IMG/VR virus record: IMGVR_UViG_3300009514_000035
Coordinates: 1-52,571 of that record
Origin: a virus
Taxonomy: Duplodnaviria; Caudoviricetes
Length of the DNA: 52,571 nt
Direction: 5' to 3' (one strand)
Every line of letters starts with the position of its first letter. Positions within the stretch are counted from its first letter, which is position 1. The notes below the pieces were generated by a model. It did not search any database. It was not told where the DNA came from and saw only the letters and a program-made list of their open reading frames with translations. The translations under genes and the position numbers were made by a program. Below, in pieces: positions 8,719-18,072 of the stretch.

Positions 8719-11700
8719 TGTCTCATGTAGTAGCGGTCGTAGGAGACGATCCGCCTGTCGTAATGGAGCTCGTTGGTGGGGCGTGGTCGGCAATGGCCTC
8801 GCAACCGGCGTTCAGTCCGGCACTCACAACGAGTCGGGCAATTTGGACTGATGGCACAGTCATTGTTGTAGGCGATAGCAACAGCACCCGTTTTTGGCAC
8901 TACGATGGTGCCGCTTGGACATACAAAGCAGCGGCAGTTGGCGGAGTCGCACTAAAGATCGAAAAACGGGGTGGAGATCTTTGGGCTTGCACACTGGGCA
9001 GTGTGCAACGCTATGTCGCAGGTGTTTGGACAGACGTAACGCCGGGTGGCGCCCACAGCATCAATGATATGTCTCTGTCGTCAGACAGTGACGTGTACGC
9101 TGTAGGCGGCTCTGGTGGGTCGGAGCAAATTTGGCATTGGAACGGTCTAACGTGGACGAATATCTACGGATCGATTCAGGGCAGTGGCCTGCCGACCAGT
9201 GTTTTTTGTCTTGATGCTCTGAATGTCTATGTCGGTTACCGCCTTGGTGCTGTCTGGCATTGGGACGGAACCACTCCGACGCTCGTCAAAGTAATCCCAG
9301 GATCTGGTGTCAACAAGGCTGAATCTATTTGGGCCGCCTCGACCACTGAGCTGTTTGTGGCGGGCCGCGTTTCTGACCTCACTTTGCAGTTGTCATACTA
9401 CAATGGTTCGACATGGAGTCATTACAATACTTCGGCAGCGACCACTGCTGAGATTCAAGTGCATGGCGCAAGCGCCACTGAAGCGTATGGCATAGGTGTA
9501 TGGACCGCTACAGGCCATTTGTGGGCATGGGGTGGGACCAGTTGGACGCAAGCATCAGAAACAGCGATGACGACCAACAACGTGCATGCCGTGTATGCCG
9601 CAGGTGGATCGTCTGTCGGGCTTCGGGCGCCACTTGGTACTTGGTTTGTCGATAGAGTTCAACTCAACACTGAAGCTGACAACATCGGTATCGCCAACCG
9701 ATATCCGGCACCGCCGCTTGAAGCGTCTATTGAAGGCCTGAACGACGAACCGTTTGTGCTGACGGACGGCATGACGCTCAGTGGTGCAGTGCCGACAGCC
9801 GGTGCGGAAGAATCGAGCAATGCTGAGACATTCAATGTGCAAGATGGCGACACACTAGTCATCAGCGTCGATGGCGGCTTCTCGCAGACCATCACTCTCG
9901 CGGGGGTCACGGCTGGTCTGGCCACGGCTGAGGAGGTCGCACAATCGATCTCGTTGCAGCTGTTGTACGCTCGTTGCTCCTTGACGTCTTCAGGAACCAA
10001 AGTCACGTTGACGTCCGGGACCTATGGCACTGATTCGTCAATCCAGGTGACGAGCGGCACCGCACGCACGGCGTTGGGCTTCGACGGCTTCTTGCACGCC
10101 GGCACACTCACCACTGAAACGGCAACGTTCAACACGGCGGACTTCAGCGATATCGCTAACGCGACAGCCGCTGAGGTTCTTGCCGTACTGGGGACTGACT
10201 TCTCAACTCTCACCTCGTGGGCCGCCACGGAGGGTCTACGAGTCCGCATCGGCACGACTGGATTGGCGCTGACCATCACAGGAACAGTCGGAACACTCGA
10301 TGCTGCAGATGCTGATACGGCAGCCACAGTCCTCGGCTTTCCGGCGGCAGAGCGCGCGAAGACCTTCACTGTCGCGAAGGCGACAGACCCTCTCGAGCTC
10401 ATGCTGTTTGATTACTCAGCAACCGGATTCGACGAAGTCACCGTCACCGCCATACTGAATAACGTATCCACCGTGATTTACAAGTCGGACGGAGCCGTCC
10501 TCGATCCGGATTGGACACTCACCACTGGTACGCAACGCGCGAGTCCAGGGTCCGGCACTGACGACGTGTGGGAAATCGTTCTCGACCACGCGACGCCGTT
10601 CACATCCTCGGACATGATCACTGTCCAAGTCGACGCCAACCTTACAGGTGGCGGCGCAGGAAACGTTCTATCCGAGACGCACGTGTTTTTGGTCGAAGAC
10701 ACGAAACGCCCATCGGTCCAGTCTGTGACACCGTGGCGACGCGACAAGCTGCGCGTAAAGTTTTCGGAGCCGATGAGCACTACGGCCGATGATGTCACGT
10801 CGGCGACGTACCACCGGGACATTTCAGGCCGAGTGAGCTTCCATTCAGAGATCACTGTAGGTCTCACCGTCTACAACAACGTGGTGCAGGCCCCGACTGC
10901 CGCATTTACTGCCGCAGACCTCGGCTTGTTTATCGGATCCTACGGTGCACAAAACGCGCTGAACAATGGCTACCTCACACCAGTCGAGCTCATCTCGGAT
11001 ACAATGATGCGCGTCAGTGAATCGTTGGCTGAAGAAGCTGTCGTTGACCAGACGCTTTACAATGCGCCGACAGTAGTGATTTCTCCATACAAGGTAAGCC
11101 GTGTCGACCCGGGCGCAGGCGTGGTTGAACCGACACATGTCCCGATTGTCGTCTCCGTGACAGAAGCGGACGCTGATGCAATCCCGACAGGAGATCTCAG
11201 CGCACGTTACGTACACGTGCAACTGCAAGACGTACTGACGCCGGACTCCTCGTACCAATTGGAGGTCGTCGGCATCGTCGACTTGGCCGGTAATGTCATC
11301 GGATCGACGTATCCTTTCACGTCGTGGGAGATGACTGGGCCAGCCACGCGCTCATTCAACGTCTGGGAGCACATGCTTCCGCAGATCAACAAGGATGAGG
11401 ACGTCACGCAGGACTTAGAGAAGCTGGCCAAGTGCATCAACGAAGTCACCCAAGTCATGTTGGCTGACATCGACCACTTCGGCAACCTGATGGACCCTGA
11501 TACAGTTGTGGAGCACGTGCTCGACGTTATTTTGGCCCATCTCGGCAACCCGCTTGTGTTTAGTGCCAGTCTCACCGAGCAAAAGAAGCGTGACTTGATC
11601 CCTCTTCTTGTACCGATGTACAAGTCAAAGGGGACAGCTAAGGGCGTAGAAGACGCTGTGGTGTTCTTCACGGGTAAAACTGTGACCGTCACGCCTTGGG

Positions 11701-11906
11701 ATGTACCGGCGGACACCTGGACCCTCGGCGAAGCAGAGCTCGGCTTCGATACGTATCTTGGACCATCACAATCGTTCGTGCTTTACTCGTTCTACCTGGA
11801 GCACTCGGTCGCTCTTAGTGCCGCAGAGAAGAGCATCATCAACCAAATTGTCGAGTTCATACGCCCGGCGCACACCCATTTTGTCGGCTACACACTCGTG
11901 CCTTGA
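8718..11906 (+). CDS. Large tail protein with a C-terminal P2 gpI-like baseplate domain and an N-terminal Trp-rich beta-propeller
   Basis: C-terminal LMDPD...LDVILAHLG...LVPMYKSKGTAKGVEDAV...FIRPAHT is the gpI signature; N-terminal (H/Y)(W/Y)(D/N)G..W blades. Confidence 0.8.
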   Translation: MSHVVAVVGDDPPVVMELVGGAWSAMASQPAFSPALTTSRAIWTDGTVIVVGDSNSTRFWHYDGAAWTYKAAAVGGVALKIEKRGGDLWACTLGSVQRYVAGVWTDVTPGGAHSINDMSLSSDSDVYAVGGSGGSEQIWHWNGLTWTNIYGSIQGSGLPTSVFCLDALNVYVGYRLGAVWHWDGTTPTLVKVIPGSGVNKAESIWAASTTELFVAGRVSDLTLQLSYYNGSTWSHYNTSAATTAEIQVHGASATEAYGIGVWTATGHLWAWGGTSWTQASETAMTTNNVHAVYAAGGSSVGLRAPLGTWFVDRVQLNTEADNIGIANRYPAPPLEASIEGLNDEPFVLTDGMTLSGAVPTAGAEESSNAETFNVQDGDTLVISVDGGFSQTITLAGVTAGLATAEEVAQSISLQLLYARCSLTSSGTKVTLTSGTYGTDSSIQVTSGTARTALGFDGFLHAGTLTTETATFNTADFSDIANATAAEVLAVLGTDFSTLTSWAATEGLRVRIGTTGLALTITGTVGTLDAADADTAATVLGFPAAERAKTFTVAKATDPLELMLFDYSATGFDEVTVTAILNNVSTVIYKSDGAVLDPDWTLTTGTQRASPGSGTDDVWEIVLDHATPFTSSDMITVQVDANLTGGGAGNVLSETHVFLVEDTKRPSVQSVTPWRRDKLRVKFSEPMSTTADDVTSATYHRDISGRVSFHSEITVGLTVYNNVVQAPTAAFTAADLGLFIGSYGAQNALNNGYLTPVELISDTMMRVSESLAEEAVVDQTLYNAPTVVISPYKVSRVDPGAGVVEPTHVPIVVSVTEADADAIPTGDLSARYVHVQLQDVLTPDSSYQLEVVGIVDLAGNVIGSTYPFTSWEMTGPATRSFNVWEHMLPQINKDEDVTQDLEKLAKCINEVTQVMLADIDHFGNLMDPDTVVEHVLDVILAHLGNPLVFSASLTEQKKRDLIPLLVPMYKSKGTAKGVEDAVVFFTGKTVTVTPWDVPADTWTLGEAELGFDTYLGPSQSFVLYSFYLEHSVALSAAEKSIINQIVEFIRPAHTHFVGYTLVP

Positions 11907-11916
11907 GGTATAGACC

Positions 11917-14121
11917 ATGGATAGAAAAGACTTCTACTACCGCCAAAAAGTTCTGGAAGATGAGCTCGACGGTGCGCTCTCTGGCGCAGAAAACGCCATG
12001 TGGAATGCTATTGTCGACTACAACCTCGGCAAGGACGAGTCCAACCCTGACGAGTTCGGTAGTATCATGTGGGGCTTTGCGGCTTCACTGGTCTCGGGGC
12101 AAGACATACAGGTCACCTCCGGTGCCGCGTACAACGCGCTCGGCAAGCGGACCTACACTGATACGAGCTACACCACAACGGTATCAGCCGCCGGTGATGT
12201 AGCCATCGGTGGAGGTGGAACGCCAACTGGCGCGTCAACAGACCCTGGTAACGGCAACGAACGTTGGCTCTCGCTGTTCATCGTGTTCGACCGTGCAGTG
12301 TCGGACTTGCGCTACGATGGCTACAACAACCCCGTGTACTTCGAACGTGCCGAGTCCTTCCACTTCTACGTGTCGGCAGGTGCAATCAAGTCCATCGGCT
12401 CGTTGCTTGACGCAGACAAGCCAGCCCGTGAAGCCGGCAAGACGCTTATCACTGACATTCGAATTCAGAACTCTGGCGGCATCACTGTCACTGACGTGAC
12501 ACAAAGCCGCATGGAGCAGTTCTTCAAGGTGACGGCTCCGGCTTCGCCTAACAAGGCAATCACCCGTGGCGACATACGTAACGCGCTCAAAGACCTTCTG
12601 ATCTTCTACAACAACCATGTTGGTGGCGGCGCAGACTTGCATGCAGGGACCGATGTATCGTTTTCTTCCAGCCAAGTTTGGGCTGATGGGACGGGCGGAG
12701 TTTATGGCGCGGCCACGAATGTCGAAGCAGCTATTGACGGCATCGTGCAGGACCTAGCCAAGACTACTGACGTCGACGGAGCAAAACGTATCGGGGTCGA
12801 AGCGTTGGGTGGAGCCGTCAGCACACCAGATCAATCTTCACCAGTGGTCATTGGAGCAGGCGTACTGCTCCATTCAGTTCTCAACGCCATTTTGGCGGGC
12901 ACCAACGGTCGCGTGTTTCGGGGTGGCGATAATGGTATTGCCGGCGCGCTCTCGCCTGCCACTGACGGCATTGCGCTTGGCACCGCTTCGAAGTCGTGGG
13001 ATGGCCTGATTCGTGACTTGACAGTAAAAGGAGTGCTGAAGTCTGACTTGGTGCCGGACGGTGATGGCACAAGAACATTGGGAGGGTCCGGAGCGGCGCT
13101 TGTTGCGCACTTAGATAACACCACTGTGTATGGCAACCTGACTGTGGATTCCGGTGGCGCATTGATTGTTGACTCCGGTTCCACTTTCAACGGCACCATC
13201 ACGGCCAATGTCACCTTGAATGCCAGCGGCGGCACCCAAAACTTAGGTGTTGTGGATATCGATCCAAACAGCGCCAACGTCGATGCCTTGACCGTATCAG
13301 CACGTGGTTTCGACTACACCCAACTCAAGAGCATCAACACCAAAAAGACGATACGTGAGACGGCCTCCAGCCCCGTAACTTACTACAAGGAGGACGTGTT
13401 CGGTCTCGTCGATCCTGGACGTCTGCACTATACGAGCGATTGCGTAATAGCCGGAGCGACGAGCGGCGCAATACTTCTCTCTGAGTTAATGCTGCACCTC
13501 CCCCCTTGGAGGAGCGTCAATCCTGGCGGGACAGTTTCACTAGTGCCAGACGCAGTAGGCTACGAAGGCGTGACAGCAATCGGCATCGACATTCCAGAGA
13601 GTGCCGACAACGCAACGCTGCAATATGGCAGTTGGGGGTGCGTCCTTGCAGGTGATAAACCGGCTTTTCTGTTTTCGTTTTACTCTCCGTCGTCTGAGGG
13701 CACAATAAACAGTCGTGGGGTCGTCAGTTTCGGGTTTGATACTTCAGACACATCAAATCCAGATGTGACTCGAGACGTGCGCATCGACTTTGATGGAGTG
13801 ACTGTAGGTGAAATCAAGGCGGTGTACTATGAAGGTTCAGTGGCCACCACCTACCAACTACAAAACGGCTCGCCACTTGACAACATTCTGTACCAGGGAC
13901 GAGTGGTGGTGCTGGATGACTCTACCTTCTTCTTTGACGTTCGTGGTAATGGGTCCTTGATCGCCCAGAATACGATGAACTACGGTGGCGGCAATCTTCT
14001 CAGCAGCGGAATTCGCCTTCGGCCATACATCAGTATTTCCAATGGGAGTGGAACCGGCGGACCGACCATCGTCATGCATCGAATCTCGCTGAGCTCCGCC
14101 AAGATGATGATGACGCCGTAG
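11917..14121 (+). CDS. Tail fibre protein
   Basis: Follows the gpI-like gene. N-terminal baseplate-attachment-type sequence (DFYYRQKV.EDELD, VTSGAAYNALGKR), Gly-rich fibre segments (P..DG..LGTASKSW) and a divergent C-terminal domain. Confidence 0.7.
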   Translation: MDRKDFYYRQKVLEDELDGALSGAENAMWNAIVDYNLGKDESNPDEFGSIMWGFAASLVSGQDIQVTSGAAYNALGKRTYTDTSYTTTVSAAGDVAIGGGGTPTGASTDPGNGNERWLSLFIVFDRAVSDLRYDGYNNPVYFERAESFHFYVSAGAIKSIGSLLDADKPAREAGKTLITDIRIQNSGGITVTDVTQSRMEQFFKVTAPASPNKAITRGDIRNALKDLLIFYNNHVGGGADLHAGTDVSFSSSQVWADGTGGVYGAATNVEAAIDGIVQDLAKTTDVDGAKRIGVEALGGAVSTPDQSSPVVIGAGVLLHSVLNAILAGTNGRVFRGGDNGIAGALSPATDGIALGTASKSWDGLIRDLTVKGVLKSDLVPDGDGTRTLGGSGAALVAHLDNTTVYGNLTVDSGGALIVDSGSTFNGTITANVTLNASGGTQNLGVVDIDPNSANVDALTVSARGFDYTQLKSINTKKTIRETASSPVTYYKEDVFGLVDPGRLHYTSDCVIAGATSGAILLSELMLHLPPWRSVNPGGTVSLVPDAVGYEGVTAIGIDIPESADNATLQYGSWGCVLAGDKPAFLFSFYSPSSEGTINSRGVVSFGFDTSDTSNPDVTRDVRIDFDGVTVGEIKAVYYEGSVATTYQLQNGSPLDNILYQGRVVVLDDSTFFFDVRGNGSLIAQNTMNYGGGNLLSSGIRLRPYISISNGSGTGGPTIVMHRISLSSAKMMMTP

Positions 14122-14122
14122 C

Positions 14123-14539
14123 TTACGCGCCTAAGTAATGCACTTGGAGAAGCCCGGCACCCGGTAAAAAGGTCACGGTGGTTCCGCTGACACTGTACTC
14201 TGTCGCGGAGGCAGGCGTGTCGACTTTCTGCATCAATAGCCCATCTCGAAAGACGAGAAGAGAGGCATCAGCGACAGGCGTCGCTGTCAATGTCACGGCC
14301 ACCTGCAGTGGATCTACGACAGTGAACTCGTCTTTGACCCATTGGTCCATGACCGCACCGATGGCATGCATGAAACCATCCATGTAGCCGGGTGTCGTCC
14401 AGCTCTGCCCAGTTTCTTCGGTGACGTTGTTGACTTCGATGCGGCTACCCGGCGTACCGAACATCACACGTAGCATCAAGTCGCCTGCGCTGTCCGCGTA
14501 GGACTGTAGCGCCGCAATCAATCGGTCCTTCGCGCTCAT
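14123..14539 (-). CDS. Hypothetical protein with a structural-type C-terminal beta domain
   Basis: ATGA-coupled to the upstream gene; LTATPV..SLLVFRDG...EYSVSGTTVTF pattern seen in virion proteins. Confidence 0.6.
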   Translation of the reverse strand: MSAKDRLIAALQSYADSAGDLMLRVMFGTPGSRIEVNNVTEETGQSWTTPGYMDGFMHAIGAVMDQWVKDEFTVVDPLQVAVTLTATPVADASLLVFRDGLLMQKVDTPASATEYSVSGTTVTFLPGAGLLQVHYLGA

Positions 14540-14811
14540 TGACGAACTGGACCGGGAGGCCGATTGTACTCGGTCATGCCTTCGATGACTTTGGAGCGAT
14601 CTTGTACCACCGCGCAGTAGGCGTAGATGGTGTTCTCTGGTCCAAAGTTCATTGCACGCACAGGCGGATGCGGCGATGCAGCTAGCTTGGCCTTAGCGAT
14701 CTGGTGCGCCGAGTCGATATCGCCCGCACGAAACTGCGTAGGAGCACCAACGGGCTGCATTTTACCGCTGTCTGGGTTCTGGACAAAGACCTTCAACGTG
14801 AACGCTTTCAT
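14536..14811 (-). CDS. Hypothetical protein
   Basis: Start re-placed at ATG 14811 (ATGA overlap, GGAGG RBS): MKAFTLKVFV... Confidence 0.6.
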   Translation of the reverse strand: MKAFTLKVFVQNPDSGKMQPVGAPTQFRAGDIDSAHQIAKAKLAASPHPPVRAMNFGPENTIYAYCAVVQDRSKVIEGMTEYNRPPGPVRQ

Positions 14812-15143
14812 TCTTCGCCTCCCTTCTTGTACCCGTGACAGGATTCGAACGAGCTCGCCCTGTTCTCCTTGCCACGACGATGACAAAGCATGCGTTGACC
14901 GGGGCCAGCCGGACTGACGCCCTCCAATCTAGCATGTTTTCGCAGCCAAGCGCACGATCCGTCCTCTCTAATCCTAGCGCATGGCTCGACCTTCTCTAGC
15001 ATCTTGCGCAAACGGCGGAGTTCACCCAGCGAAGGCACGATGTTGCTGTTCAGGGTACGCAGAAGCTTGGTAGCTAGAGTGCGAGCCTGCGTTTCGACTC
15101 GCATATCGCTAGCGATACCCTTCAGCCAGTCTTTGGTTTCCAT
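14808..15143 (-). CDS. Hypothetical Cys-containing protein
   Basis: 111 aa with four Cys in the C-terminal half; tightly coupled in a minus-strand operon. Confidence 0.55.
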   Translation of the reverse strand: METKDWLKGIASDMRVETQARTLATKLLRTLNSNIVPSLGELRRLRKMLEKVEPCARIREDGSCAWLRKHARLEGVSPAGPGQRMLCHRRGKENRASSFESCHGYKKGGEE

Positions 15144-15144
15144 T

Positions 15145-15645
15145 TTACTTAGGAATCTTGTCGACAGAGGTGGGCAGACCGAGAATCTCGGCCGTCTCCC
15201 CCATGTGAGCGATCACAGACTTCCATTCTACGTAGTAGGCGCCGCTAAAGTCGACATGGTCAACCAGTCCGTCCTGAATCCACCTGTATAGGGTGGCGCG
15301 GTGCACCCCCACTAGCTCTGCAACCTCTGTGCTGCGCAAATAACCGCGCTTCCGCATGCGATTTGTCAGCTGTGACTCAGTTCGAGCTCGCTGTTTGGTC
15401 GGTCGCGCACCGTTTTTACCCTTGGAGGATGCTTTTGCCACTTCTTCGCTCACTTTGTCGTCAAATTCGCCAGTCTTTTTCCACTGCAGCAGTGCAGATT
15501 TACTGAATCTGACACTTCTTTTTGACATCCTGCGATATGGGACGACATCGTCAGCCACCCAAGACCGCACCCAACTCTCCGGTACCTCTAAAGCCTGCGA
15601 AGCCTCACGATATCCGAGTCCATTACTTGGGGAGTTAACGCCCAT
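15145..15645 (-). CDS. Tandem excisionase/MerR-type (HTH_17) DNA-binding protein
   Basis: Two HTH units: GYREASQALEVPESWVRSWV..VPYRR..VRF and YLRSTEVAELVGVHRATLYRWIQDG. Confidence 0.8.
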   Translation of the reverse strand: MGVNSPSNGLGYREASQALEVPESWVRSWVADDVVPYRRMSKRSVRFSKSALLQWKKTGEFDDKVSEEVAKASSKGKNGARPTKQRARTESQLTNRMRKRGYLRSTEVAELVGVHRATLYRWIQDGLVDHVDFSGAYYVEWKSVIAHMGETAEILGLPTSVDKIPK

Positions 15646-15778
15646 AAGTAGTTTCTATTAGCATGTAGCCAGTCTTATTGCAAGCGTCCACACGGCCGAG
15701 CACGTAGTGTGACTTGCGCTCTGCCTCTTGTAAGCTACTCTTATCACTGTTACTCTCCCTGGTAGAAAGGTGCGCTTG

Positions 15779-16531
15779 ATGGCAGGTAAACGCATACCCA
15801 ATGTCCGTAGGTCTCCGATAACTCGGCCTATGTGGGACAAAATGCTGAAGGCGTACCGCGATCGACCTACCATCAAGAACATCATGGACACTGTCGGCGT
15901 CGGCCGCCGGCTGGCCAAGCGGGCCGTGACCGAAGGTTGGCCAGACATGAGCCTTCCGCCCTTCATCAATCTGCTCTCCTCTGGGACGTCCGTGCTCAAG
16001 GAAATGGCAGTCAATCGCGAGTCATGGGAGGACAAGGCTCTAGTGCAGGGTGAGGCGGCTCGTATGGCCGCCGAGCAGGCATCGGCCGCCCGTATCACCA
16101 TGTCAGGTGCTATGAAGGCTACGCAGCTCTCAATGCGCCTGGCGCAAGAAATGGTAGACCGTCTCGACGCTGGCGAGCGGCTATTACCTGACGAGCTCAC
16201 ACCGAAGGTCATCGGTCAGATTGTGAAGTCGATGGACATCAGCGCCGGTATCGTCAAGAAGGCACTGGAGATTGAAAAGCTGCGGGCGGGTGAGCCAGAA
16301 GCGCAGCTCGGCATTCAAATTGGTATCATGATCGAGGGTTGCAGTCTCGAAGAACTTGAAGTTGTCGCCAGCACTGGCGAACTCCCCATGCGAATCATCG
16401 ACCAGCGCAAGATGGCCAAGGCGCGACTCGCTGACGACGAGACCGACGCAGAGGCTTCAGCCATAGCAGCCGGCGACATCATCGACGTCGATGAAGTCGA
16501 CGAACCAGACGAACTGGACGTCAGTCTGTAG
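15779..16531 (+). CDS. Putative terminase small subunit
   Basis: Immediately upstream of terL; N-terminal HTH-like segment, helical middle, acidic tail. Called by position only. Confidence 0.55.
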   Translation: MAGKRIPNVRRSPITRPMWDKMLKAYRDRPTIKNIMDTVGVGRRLAKRAVTEGWPDMSLPPFINLLSSGTSVLKEMAVNRESWEDKALVQGEAARMAAEQASAARITMSGAMKATQLSMRLAQEMVDRLDAGERLLPDELTPKVIGQIVKSMDISAGIVKKALEIEKLRAGEPEAQLGIQIGIMIEGCSLEELEVVASTGELPMRIIDQRKMAKARLADDETDAEASAIAAGDIIDVDEVDEPDELDVSL

Positions 16532-16533
16532 CC

Positions 16534-18072
16534 GTGGCGCAAGCGACAACCAAAACGAAAAAGCCAGACGGGAGAAAGAATCTCTCTCCCGAGGAGATTG
16601 AAAAGCGTAAAGCCAGACTCATGCTGGCGGCTAGCGCGAGACTGAAGAAGCAAATTCTACAGGCTCGAAAGACCCCCGAAGATTTCATTGAATTCGTGAT
16701 GCGCACACCGAAGGGTGAGCGCGTCAAGCTCGAGCCTTTCCATCGAGAGTGGTTGAAGCTCTTCCGTTACGAACGTCGCGTGCAGATCGAGGCCTCCAAG
16801 AGTCACGGCAAGACGACGAACCTGATTGGTTTCTGTCTCTGGGCTATCGGAAACAACCCCAACATCCGCATCAAACTGTTCGCGCAGAGCGAGGAGAAAG
16901 CTCGAGAGCGTCTCGGTGTCATCTCCGAGATGATCGAGAAGAACAAGCTACTCAAGCTCGTCTTTCCATGGTTGATGCCGGCATCTAAGGGTGTGTGGCA
17001 CAAGCATGCCATCGTCGTCGATCGAGAGATCACCGACAAAGAACCGACAGTAGCATCCTCAGGCATCATGGGTTCTGTTGAGGGCGGACGCTCTGACCTC
17101 GTCGTGCTCGACGACATCTGCGACTTTCGAACCAGCCTCATCTACCCGCAACACCGTGAGGCTATCAAGAAGAAAATCTACGCCGAAGTGTTACCGATGC
17201 TCGAGGAGGATGGCCGCGCCATCTCCATCGCGACGCCGCATCACGAGCAGGACGCAGTCGCCTCGTTGCGCGCCAACCCGGAGTGGGTCAGCAAAATCTA
17301 CGCCGTTGGCACAACGGAGGACCCGTACCTTCCATTATGGACGTCACGTTGGCCGAGGAAGTCTCTCGAGAAGCTGCGCCGAGAGGTCGGGCCCATCGAG
17401 TATGATCGAGCGTTCCGTTGCATTGCGTACTCGGCGGTGATGGCGATCGTAAAGCCGGAGCACATTCAGTATTACACCACAGAGATGATGGTGAACCCGT
17501 GGAGCTTCATCTGCGTGCAGGCCTACGACGTTGCACTCACGCAGAAGAAAGGGTCCAGCTATTTTTCTTGCGTCACGTTGCTCTACGATTCGCAAAACAA
17601 CATCATCTTTGTCGCCGACGCGTGGCACGACAAGATGGGCTTCATCGAGCAGGCGACAGCGATCGTACGCGAGGCAGGCAAATGGCAGCCAGACCGCGTG
17701 GTCATCGAGGAGACTGGTTATCAGGGGGCGTTGAGGGCGTATCTGATGGAACTGTCGGACGAACCCCTCCCTGTCTTCCCCATTTCGCCGGGGAATAAAA
17801 GTAAGGAACTTCGTCTGACAGAGACACTACCAATGTTTGAGTCCGGGCGCATCTATTTTAATCCGAGGCTTGACGGGCAAAGACACCTTGACATCGGCAC
17901 TCGGGGAGACTTGATCGGTCAGCTCCTCAGCTTCACCCAAAACCCCGACAAGGACCTCGGTGACGCCTTCGCCTACGGTGTGAAAGCGCTACGTAACTAC
18001 CAAGAGTCAGAAGACGACGACGACTGGGCCGGCGGCGATGGCGTCGCTACTCGCATGTCAGTTCTCGGCTAG
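16534..18072 (+). CDS. terL: Terminase large subunit
   Basis: Adenine-binding LEPFH, Walker A ASKSHGKTT, Walker B GGRSDLVVLDD, coupling motif IATPHH, RNase H-like nuclease residues (YDVA, IEETG, DKDLGDA). Confidence 0.92.
   Translation: MAQATTKTKKPDGRKNLSPEEIEKRKARLMLAASARLKKQILQARKTPEDFIEFVMRTPKGERVKLEPFHREWLKLFRYERRVQIEASKSHGKTTNLIGFCLWAIGNNPNIRIKLFAQSEEKARERLGVISEMIEKNKLLKLVFPWLMPASKGVWHKHAIVVDREITDKEPTVASSGIMGSVEGGRSDLVVLDDICDFRTSLIYPQHREAIKKKIYAEVLPMLEEDGRAISIATPHHEQDAVASLRANPEWVSKIYAVGTTEDPYLPLWTSRWPRKSLEKLRREVGPIEYDRAFRCIAYSAVMAIVKPEHIQYYTTEMMVNPWSFICVQAYDVALTQKKGSSYFSCVTLLYDSQNNIIFVADAWHDKMGFIEQATAIVREAGKWQPDRVVIEETGYQGALRAYLMELSDEPLPVFPISPGNKSKELRLTETLPMFESGRIYFNPRLDGQRHLDIGTRGDLIGQLLSFTQNPDKDLGDAFAYGVKALRNYQESEDDDDWAGGDGVATRMSVLG

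Noticed and set aside
1-14121. Extracellular contractile injection system or tailocin locus
   Set aside because: The baseplate genes look similar, but terminase, endolysin and a full replication module indicate a phage.
14829-14851. tRNA-like 3' end GTTCGAATCCTGTCACGGGTAC on the minus strand
   Set aside because: The T-stem does not pair, no cloverleaf forms, it lies inside a CDS, and no integrase is present to suggest attP.
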